NCBI GenBank assembly: GCA_965644315.1
Contig: CBFFRQ010000044.1
Span: 186,001 to 250,000, forward strand
DNA length: 64,000 nucleotides
From: Caecitellus pseudoparvulus
Taxonomy: Eukaryota; Protista; Bigyra: Bicosoecida
Reading direction: 5' to 3'
The position numbers and the translations under genes were made by a program. Within the stretch, counting starts at the first letter, position 1. The number at the start of each line of letters is the position of its first letter. The notes beneath the pieces are model-generated. The model searched no databases. It saw only the letters and a list, made by a program, of their open reading frames with translations, and was not told where the DNA came from. Positions 40,401-48,904 of the stretch are shown here, in pieces.

Positions 40401-43400
40401 GTGCATCGCCTTCGTACCCCAAACAAGTGGCGCTTGTGGATGTGAATGGCACCATCGGTGGCCAGGCTGGTCTCATCGTTGATAGCTTCGGGCCCTCTTT
40501 CGACGACCCCGCTCCGATTTCAGTCAGCTGCGACTTTAACGGCGACGGGGTCGATGACACCATCCTTGGGGCACAGCATCTCTCACCTGCGGCCCGTGCG
40601 TCAGCTGGTCTCGTTTACGTCGTGCTGGGCTCTGGTGCCGACCGGCTTGGTCCGCTCACCATTCCAGAGCTGGTCCAAGATCAGGCAGTGTTGCAAGTGA
40701 ATGGTCCGGCGCCTAATGCCCGCGTGGGGTCAACTATAGTGTGCATGGGGGATTTGGACGGTGACGAGGCGGATGACATCGCGATTGGTGGCCGGGACTC
40801 GACGCATGTCTTCGTGGTGTATGGGCAAAAACAAGCCACCTTCACGGGTGCACTTGACCTGGCAGACTTCTTCCTTACGCCAGTCGGTCCCGCTGGAGCT
40901 TCCCCTGGCTACATTGTCGAAGGCAGCAGTCTGCCTGGAATGGGGAGCTTGAAGCTGCACGCCGCAGGAGACGTGAACGGCGACGCGATCCCAGACCTCC
41001 TCGTGTCGCACGATGCAGCGCCGGTGTGCAATCGAACAGAGGCGGCCTATGTTGTGGCGCTTTTCTCATGGGCTGGGCGCCGCAGCGGCATTGAGTCCCT
41101 GGATCCCGTGTTCATCTCTGGCGCCGGGGGGTGGGTAATGGGTTCCGCCGCGAACGACTCCATTTCCAGCGTGGCCGCCGCAGATATGAATGGCGACGGC
41201 GAAGTGGACTTGATCATTGGCGCACCAGGCCCCGACATAGGCGCACCGGGTCACACGTACATTGTGTTCGGACCGCCGCAGGTCGCCCACTCGCCCAGCA
41301 ACGTGTCCATGTGCGGGGGGCCACTCCCGATTCCCTTTCCTTCCGCGACGCCGACGCCGACCAGATCCCCCTCCAAGACCCCGTCCGCATCAGTCAGCCC
41401 CAGCGCCACAGGCTCAGCGTCCGTTTCTCCGTCAGGCACCAGCACGCCGTCGCAAACTCCGAGCTCCACCGGCACAGCGAGCGTCACGCCTGACCGCTCG
41501 CCCACCAGCACACCCTCTCCAACGGCATCCAACTCCCCCTCCAGCACGCCCCCTCCCACACCCAGTGTCACGCCTCGTCTCCCTGTGCTTGAAACCTCCA
41601 CCTGCCAAGATCAATGGTGGGCTGTGTGCGAGACCATCCGGGGGCCGGTGTCCATGCAAGGCGTGCGTGTCGCACCTGGCGTGTGGTGCCAGGATTGTGG
41701 GTCGTCCCACGACCTCGTCACATCTGCCGATGTGCGAGTGTGCCCTCGTTTTGGCTCGTGTCAAAGCGGAGGCCGTCTGGGCGGCGAAGTGCGCTGTGCA
41801 AAGGGACACACCGGCGCGCTGTGTGCTTCTTGCGCAGCCGGCTACACAGCCAGCAGCAGCCCTTGTGCACCCTGCGTGCCATGTGATGGGACAGGGGAAT
41901 GGGTAGTGCCTGTCGTGTCTGCCTGCGCTGCGCTGGCGCTGTGTGGGCTAGTGGTGCTGACGTACACGGCTGTAAAGGACCGTGGCAGCGTGCAGCAAGA
42001 CCTGCTCATGGGCGCACTGCGTGTGGCGCTCAACTACTTCGGCCTCATGGCGTACGTGACGGTGGCCCTGCAGCCGTACACGGAGCCGACTCTCGGGCTA
42101 TCTGAGCGAGGTGTGACGATGCAGCAGTGGTACGACGCATGTGGCCGCTCAGAGGAGTCCATCCATGCAGGGGCCGTAAACTTGACGCTGAACCCGCTGT
42201 CTGGGCCGGCAGCCTTCGGGCCGCTGCTCGACGCTGATGCGTTCCAGGCCAATTCCACAGTGTGGGTGGATGACGGCCCCCTGTACTCGCCCGAGCCCAC
42301 TCCGGATGACTCGGGGAAATTCCTCTCTCGCGTCTTCGCCGTGACGGCCACGTTGACGGGGTCACTCCCCGCTTCCTCCCTCAGCACTGTCTCCTGCGAC
42401 CTCGGCCACGCAGCGTACGCACAAGTGACCATGACCACGCTGGTTGTGGGAGTGGCTCTACTCGCTTGTGTGGCGCTGTTGGTGTCCTTTGCCGCTGGTC
42501 TGCTGTCTCCCTGCCTGCGCCTGACTGGCCTTGCTGCGTCCAACAAACCCACGACGCAGCACCTGGCCTGTTGGGGCTTGGGGCGCCTGACGTGGTCTGT
42601 GTACCTCCTGGCATGGGGCGCCGCACTGGCTGCGTCGCTGCAGGTCGCAGGCCCCAAGCTGCCGGTCGCAGGTGGCCACCACGTCATTGCAGCGTCCCTG
42701 GCTGCTGACGCAGACGAAGGGGATTTGCTGCCTTTCGCGCTGGCTTCCTTCATCCTGCACGCGTTCGTGTTCCCCCTGGCCCTGCTGCCGCTCCTGCGCT
42801 GGCAGGCGGCCAACTTGCTGGACAAGGAACACCACGCAAGCGTGACCCTTGCGGTGATGACTGCTGGGTACCGCTTGCAGCTGACAGAGTCACAGGCCAA
42901 GGCTGTGTCGAGTGCCCACGTCGACGCAGCGATGAGTGACGCAGCAGAGGCCAAGGTTGCTAAGGCTGCCGCTGTGGCCCTGGCCGTGCGTATGAGTCGG
43001 CGGCTGGAGAGTCGGTGCTTCGGCTTGGCGCGGTGTGTGCCCAGCCACGGCTTCGCATCGGTGCGGAAAGTGCAGAATGTGCTGGTGCTGTGCGCACTAT
43101 GGCTGGTGACACACCCTGTGTACAGAGCCCTGCTCGTGTGTCTGACGGTGGGAACAGTGCTGCTCCTGACGTATTCCCTGCAGCCATACACCCTGCCCGA
43201 GCTCAACTCGCTGGACATGGACGTTTCTGGTGTCGTTCTCCTGCACGTCGTGCTCAGTGCTGCCTTCCCGCCCCTCACACCCATCTCCATCATCCTCATG
43301 ATCCTGCACGCGTACGTTGTGCTTCGATTGGTGTACACGGTGCTGCGTGCCTCGTTCAAGGTGGTGCGCACCAAGGGTGCTGCATTGCAACGCAGCCTAG

Positions 43401-44401
43401 CCGCCTATCTGCCTGAGCTGCGCAGCTCAGCAGCGGCACAGAGCTCTGACGAACTGGGCGGGTCGCGCCTGCCGAGCCCCTTCCAGCTGCTGCAAGCGCT
43501 CAGTGTCCGTGCAGGCTGCATCGCGTGCAAGTCGTGCAAGCGCTCCGCTGCTCCCGACGAGGCTGTGTCTGGTGCAGACCAGTGGGGCCACGTGGGGCGT
43601 GCTGCAGTGAAGATGGTGCGTCAACGGTCACTGAGCAAACTAGGCGACGACCCACGGCAGGCGGCACGGGAGTGGAACAAAAAGCTCATGAAGTCGTTCT
43701 CTGTGCGCCACACTGCCTGTGACTCACTGGCTACCACCCTGAGCAAGTGGGCTCGGCGCAACTGCACATGCTGCCGCTGCCGTGACTCCGATGCAGCTGC
43801 CGATGCGCAGCTGGAGAAAAGTCTCCAGCGGGTGGAGGGTGACCTGGCCGTGCTGCCAAAGCAAGGCGCCATGAACCCCATGCTGCACAAGACCCTGCCA
43901 CGGACCTTGGCAGGGCAGGGGGGCAAGGATTCTGCCACCGTCCTGCAGATGTCCAGTCGGGGGTTGGTGGGCGCTGATGCGGCGCTGATGCGCGAAGACT
44001 CCGTGCACTTCGCCCCCACCATGCGCAAGTCCCGGTCCGTCTCCTCACGCGGTCTGGACGCCGGCAGTGGCGGGCGGGCCACGTTCAACCCCCAAGGAAC
44101 TGGCGGGGATTCTACAGCAGGCGCCCGCGGCGCAGTCAGTTCCAAGAACCTCCGCAGTGCTCAAACTTTGATGGCAGCGGCAGCACGGCAGACTGTGGCG
44201 TCCAAGAAGCTGGACAAGCCTGCCGCCCCGGCCCGGCCGAAGTCCACGCCGCGCAGCCAGCCTGTGCTCAACGCATCAGCAGCTGCAGCGGCGTCGGCGG
44301 CGCGATCGCCACCAGTGAACCCTCTGCGTGTGGCCGGGCGCCGTCGGTCCCTCGCCGCCCACGCACGCCAGCGCAACGCGAAAAAGGGCAAGCTTGTGTG
44401 A
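28427..44401 (+). CDS. Receptor C: ~5270-aa protein with signal peptide, ~14 C-type-lectin-like domains, 4 FG-GAP propeller blocks, S/T/P stalk, Cys-rich domain and ~9-TM module
   Basis: Exons 28427-28856, 28931-29062 and 29151-44401 (two phase-1 GT-AG introns) join the signal MALPRVHHRERARTATCLALLACAFATLAHS to the 5078-aa ORF. CTLD signatures: CPPGW..C, CAPGWILNPYSQMCVQF..WHNANERC, WLGL, WVEANCSDLHLFSCQ, CEEPLPFVCEAP. FG-GAP motifs: GDFNGDGIDD, GDMDGNGVPDLLVGA, ADMNGDGEVDLIIGAP. The C-terminal module is shared with A and B. Confidence 0.9.
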
Positions 44402-44488
44402 TTTTCTGAATGCATTCATGTGTTTTGCAGCCCCTTCACCTGTTTGTGTCTCCATCTCTGCACCCAGCTGACCAAGTTGGGGCCCAGT

Positions 44489-45811
44489 CTATTCCTGGGC
44501 GCTTGCCCCTTCGGGGTGCTCCCCAGGCAGCGGCACTGCAGTGGACATGCCTTGGCCTGACATGACCTGCTTGGCAAAGGCAGTGGCTGCTGCGTTGGCC
44601 ACTTGTAGGCCTTTGTGACTCCGCCACTGCTTCCAGCGCATGTCGAAGTGCATCAGGTCGGGAGGCGGGTCGGCGAACCACTCACGAGCAAAGGAGCGCA
44701 TGACGGTGCCATGCACGGCATTCAGCGTCGCCAGGGCCAGACCCTCCCCGGGGTTCGTGGGGAACAGCTGAGATGCGGCGGGGGGTGCTTCAATTTCCGC
44801 AGGGGCACCCTGCGATGCCGCCGCCACAGCGCGAGCAGCCTTGGGTGCTGCCTCAGCCAGGAGAGCATCAGGGGGATATGAAGTCTTGGGCAGCTCGTAG
44901 GGGCCGGTGACTCGCTTGGTGGATGTGGGCGGTGGCGGCCGGGCTGGCTTTGCCGCCAGGCCCACTTCCCACAGCAGGCCCACCGCCGTGAACGGCCAGG
45001 GGGACAACACCTGCTCGTGCAGCAGCGTGGCGAGCCACTCGGTGACAGACATGCTGACAAGGACCAGGGGCAAGCCCTTGTAGGGCACTTCTGTGCGTTT
45101 CACGAGGTCAGCGCACCAGCCTGCGTCGGACTCACACAGCGCGTGTAGTTGCAGCAAGGCCAGCTGCCCTGTGCGGAAATCTTGCTGGGGGCGCTGGCCC
45201 TGGAACCCCAGCACCATCCAAGCATCCCGTTCTTCAGCTGTTCCTGGCTCGTGTTCCAGGGGTGGCACTGCACCAGCGTGGGCCGCAGCTGCCTGCCAGA
45301 TGTCTGTCAAAGCAGCGCGCACAGCGGGCTGAGATGTGTCCACCTTCCGCGATTTTAAGGTCCGCACCACCATGCTTGCAATGGACATGCCGTTCAAAGC
45401 ATACAGGATATTGTTCAGCCGGCTCAACGCGCGCTGAAAGCCAGGCAGGGCTGGCTCCCACACTTTGCGCGTGACGATTTCCGCAGCGACACGAGGCACG
45501 TCAAAGGGCGCCGCAGCCTTGGATACGGGCGTGATGACCCCACGCAGAACTTGGCTGCGCTTCATATCTGCCACCACACTGTCCACTGCCGCTGCATCCA
45601 GCACATCATCCGTCAGGGGTGGGCCAGCTGCCGGCAGCGTTGCGAGCTGGTGCTCCAGCTCACCACGCCCACGGTACAGCCGCAGCATAAACTTGTACAC
45701 GCCACGGTGCAGGAGCATGACCAGGCCAAAGAGGACGGCAGAAAACAGCATGATGCCCAGCATGATGACTCCTGGCGTCAGGTTTGGCGCCACCTCCCGC
45801 AGAGAAGGCAT
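44489..45811 (-). CDS. ELMO/CED-12 domain (ELMOD-type) protein with N-terminal hydrophobic anchor
   Basis: 440-aa ORF. WMVLGFQGQRPQQDFRTGQLALLQL matches the ELMO WxxxGFQxxxPxxDFR motif. Further family-like segments YKGLPLVLVSMSVT and FAREW..PPDLMHFD. N-terminal TM GVIMLGIMLFSAVLFGLVMLL. Confidence 0.85.
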   Translation of the reverse strand: MPSLREVAPNLTPGVIMLGIMLFSAVLFGLVMLLHRGVYKFMLRLYRGRGELEHQLATLPAAGPPLTDDVLDAAAVDSVVADMKRSQVLRGVITPVSKAAAPFDVPRVAAEIVTRKVWEPALPGFQRALSRLNNILYALNGMSIASMVVRTLKSRKVDTSQPAVRAALTDIWQAAAAHAGAVPPLEHEPGTAEERDAWMVLGFQGQRPQQDFRTGQLALLQLHALCESDAGWCADLVKRTEVPYKGLPLVLVSMSVTEWLATLLHEQVLSPWPFTAVGLLWEVGLAAKPARPPPPTSTKRVTGPYELPKTSYPPDALLAEAAPKAARAVAAASQGAPAEIEAPPAASQLFPTNPGEGLALATLNAVHGTVMRSFAREWFADPPPDLMHFDMRWKQWRSHKGLQVANAAATAFAKQVMSGQGMSTAVPLPGEHPEGASAQE

Positions 45812-46137
45812 GTCTGGCGCGGGTCACCTGTTGAAAACGCAAGAAACCCTGCTGCGTTCCCACGCACCCTGGCCTCGATAGGGCAGCCATGCGGCCAGTA
45901 TGTGGGAAGGTAAGTTTTTCAGTTTTGTTGTGAGAGCACAGTTGACAAGCAGGGGGTGGCTGGGCAGGTGTGCGAGCCTGGCTAAGCACACTACAGCTCC
46001 CAGCCAAGCCCGTTGCACTCGGCAAATGAAGATAAATACAATCCGTGTACAACAAGATTTGTATCGTATTACCGCTCCGTGCGTTTTTCCTGGCTGTGGA
46101 CTCATTTGTGCCGCAGCAGCCTCATCGGTGCGCGGGC

Positions 46138-48822
46138 ATGGCAGCTCTGTCACGTGTTGCTTGCCTGCAGCAGCGCTGGCTTGCAGCCTCAGGGAGCAGG
46201 GGCCGGTGGGTGCAGCAGCTGGGCGGAATCCGAGTATGTGTGGCTAGTCATCAATCATTGTCTACACTGGCCAACTTGCCGTGCCGTGGACGAAGCGGCC
46301 GCCGGCGGCGCCCACGAACAGGGCATGAAACGCCAGCAAAACGCCAGGACACGCCACGGTTGACTGCGGAGGAGGCGCACGTCTTGGACATGCTGGGCAG
46401 CATCGAAGATGACATTTCACGAGACTTTCGCCACCGCCAACCAGCCATGCAGCGCGCTGAACAGCGCAAGGCGGCACGCATGCGCCAGCTGCAGGGGCAC
46501 GGTGGCGCTGCTTCGCCTGCCTTGGAAGACGGGCAGCTGAGCATGCCAACGTTGTCAGCTGCCGAGGAAGCCCTGCTGGCCGGTGAAGGCTTTTCCGATG
46601 TCCCTGCTGATGTGCTGCGACTCCACCTTGCTGACGCCACCCCCGTGACGAGGCGTGACGCGGGGGCTGTGGCATCGGCGCCTGGGTCAACTGCTGCGTT
46701 GCCGGTTGACCCACCAGAGGCCCGCCAGTTGCCGTACCGGCGGCAACCTGTCCAGCGCATGGCAGTGGATGTGTCTGCCATGCAAGAGGCGGTGTTGGCG
46801 GCCAGAACCTGGGCGGAGGTGCTCGATGCGTTGGCCGCTGTGGCTGACTCGCCGGCCTCAACGTCAACTGCAGTGGCCAGGGCACAACACCTCCCAACTG
46901 AACTCCTTGTTCTTGCTCTGGCCCGCGTGTCAAACTTGCCCTGCCGTGTGCACCGCTCCTCCGGTGCTCGTGTGCGGAATGTGCTGAGTCACCTGTACGC
47001 CCGAGTGTCACAGGTGCGGGGCGGGTCACCACTGAACGCTCGGCTGCTGGGGAGTCTGGCGCGTGTGCTGGGCCGGCTGAACGTGAACTATGCCTGGGTG
47101 CCAGAACACGCCCTGTTGAAGGACTGGGTCACTGCGGAAGTGGCCAGATGCCTGCCTGAGATGCCCACCGCGGCCATGTGTGCGGCGGTGTGGGGCGTGG
47201 GTCACATGCGCACCGGCGTGCCGTCCGTGTGGAAACGCATCAGCGCCACGGTGCAAACCGCCGCCCCCTCTGCCGGTCTGACGGGCTCCGACCTGGCTCT
47301 CCTCGTGCCCGGGCTGGCTGCCGGCGGTGTGAAGGACCCCAACACGTGGCGAGCTCTGCGCGGCCCCCTGCTGCAGCGCGCCGTGGAGCTGAGCGATGAA
47401 CAGTTGGTGGGCATCGCCGCCGCGACTGCGACGAGCAGAGTGCGTGTTCCGGACTGGCAGCCTGTTCTGGCTCAGGAGGCCACCATTCGAGCGCCGCGCC
47501 TGACGCCAGCCCAGCTCACAACCCTGTTGTATGCGCTGGGAACGCTGCGACAGCCTTGCGACGGGTTTCTGGCCCGAGCGCTGGGTCGGCTGGTCGCAGG
47601 TGCCGATGGCGAGGAAGGCGACGCCCTGCAACGCCTCACTCACCAACAGCTGACGGAGGCCGCCTGGGCCAGCGCAGCCCTGAGGTCCAAACACCCGCTC
47701 GTGGCCGCTGTGCTTGCGGAATTAGCTCGGAGGTGCGAAAGTGAAGCGTGGGGCATGTCACCTGCCTCCTTGGCCATGGCGGCATACGCACTGGCCACTG
47801 GCACGCCCGGATCGCACACGGCCATTGCAGCCTTGGTAGAGCAGTGCAAGGCCAGCATGGAGAGCCTGTCGCCGTCTGCCGTCGCCCACGTGCTGTGGGC
47901 TGCCGCACTGCACAAGCACTGGGATGCCGACATGTTCCGCCTCGCAGCCAGCCGACTGGCGCAGCACGCCCAGCGCCACCGGCGCAAGATGCAGCGAGAG
48001 GAGGAGGCGCCAGGTCCGGATGCGACCGTGGTCGCATCAGGCGACCCTGGCGTGCTTGCGACCAAGCCCCACACCGCCTCCACGCTGGGCATCGCGGCAG
48101 TGATGGGGGGAGAGGAGGCTGTCGCTGGTCGCATGTCGGGCGCCGTCGCTCGGCACGTCTTTGCAGGGCTTCCCCCTGCGGTATGGCACCAGGTGCATGT
48201 CGCGTTCACCCTGCGACGCCACCTGGCCACTGCCGATGCGAGCGAGGCGCAAGCGGCAGACCCCGAGACATGCCTTTCGCAGGAGCTCCGCACAGCCATG
48301 TCTGCTGCGGCAGAGTCAGCCTCAGCCACCTCCGCATACAGTCGCTTCCACGATTCCGTCGTGCGCACGCTGCTCGACATGCAGTGTGGCGGACAGACCG
48401 AGGCAGATGTCGGCTGCGGAATTAGCGTTGACGTGTGGGTGCCCGACACTGTGCAAGGCCAGTCCCCCCCGGCAGGCAAGCTCACGGGGCGCTCCCCCTC
48501 TGCGGCACTGTGGGATCCCCAGCTCCTGCCCTTGGCCCAGCCGGGCACGATGCTGGAGCTGGAGGGCCCTGGGCACTTTGTTCCGTGTTCCGAGGCGCCC
48601 TCCGATGCTGAGGATGCCGTCACACTCCCGGACGAGGGTCTGCAGTTCAACCTGTGGACCAAGCGCAAGCACGAAGTCCTCCGCCAGGTGTGCCGCGCCT
48701 CAGACGCCGCCTTGGGGCAGCTGGGAGCGGTTCGCTTGCGAACCGTCACGTTCGGGGAGTGGCGGGAGTGTGACACACAGGCTGAACGGCGCGCGTTATT
48801 GCGCCGCAAGCTGGCGAAGTGA
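46138..48822 (+). CDS. RAP-domain helical-repeat (FASTK/OPR-like) RNA-binding protein, probably mitochondrial
   Basis: Likely ATG at 46138 with an Arg-rich presequence. About 38-aa helical repeats (LTPAQLTTLLYALGTL, LTHQQLTEAAWASAAL, MSPASLAMAAYALA, LSPSAVAHVLWAAA). C-terminal RAP pattern SRFHDSV..GISVDVWVP..LELEGPGHF..TKRKHEVL..TVTFGEW. Confidence 0.82.
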   Translation: MAALSRVACLQQRWLAASGSRGRWVQQLGGIRVCVASHQSLSTLANLPCRGRSGRRRRPRTGHETPAKRQDTPRLTAEEAHVLDMLGSIEDDISRDFRHRQPAMQRAEQRKAARMRQLQGHGGAASPALEDGQLSMPTLSAAEEALLAGEGFSDVPADVLRLHLADATPVTRRDAGAVASAPGSTAALPVDPPEARQLPYRRQPVQRMAVDVSAMQEAVLAARTWAEVLDALAAVADSPASTSTAVARAQHLPTELLVLALARVSNLPCRVHRSSGARVRNVLSHLYARVSQVRGGSPLNARLLGSLARVLGRLNVNYAWVPEHALLKDWVTAEVARCLPEMPTAAMCAAVWGVGHMRTGVPSVWKRISATVQTAAPSAGLTGSDLALLVPGLAAGGVKDPNTWRALRGPLLQRAVELSDEQLVGIAAATATSRVRVPDWQPVLAQEATIRAPRLTPAQLTTLLYALGTLRQPCDGFLARALGRLVAGADGEEGDALQRLTHQQLTEAAWASAALRSKHPLVAAVLAELARRCESEAWGMSPASLAMAAYALATGTPGSHTAIAALVEQCKASMESLSPSAVAHVLWAAALHKHWDADMFRLAASRLAQHAQRHRRKMQREEEAPGPDATVVASGDPGVLATKPHTASTLGIAAVMGGEEAVAGRMSGAVARHVFAGLPPAVWHQVHVAFTLRRHLATADASEAQAADPETCLSQELRTAMSAAAESASATSAYSRFHDSVVRTLLDMQCGGQTEADVGCGISVDVWVPDTVQGQSPPAGKLTGRSPSAALWDPQLLPLAQPGTMLELEGPGHFVPCSEAPSDAEDAVTLPDEGLQFNLWTKRKHEVLRQVCRASDAALGQLGAVRLRTVTFGEWRECDTQAERRALLRRKLAK

Positions 48823-48904
48823 CGGTGCTGGGCAATGCAGCATGTGCAAGCGCATCGCCCACCTTGAAAGTGCACACTGTGGTGGTCATTCCGCTGCATT
48901 TCCC

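Noticed and set aside
42034-43374. Long antisense or alternate-frame ORFs (e.g. 42034-43374, 6109-7488, 47640-48908, 49885-51387, 20307-21491)
   Set aside because: These are shadow ORFs expected in high-GC coding DNA. They overlap well-supported genes and contain no domain motifs.
41600-43400. Calling the shared module an adhesion GPCR or polycystin
   Set aside because: No GPS/GAIN (CxC..HL|T) motif, no PLAT or REJ domain, and about 9 rather than 7 or 11 hydrophobic segments.
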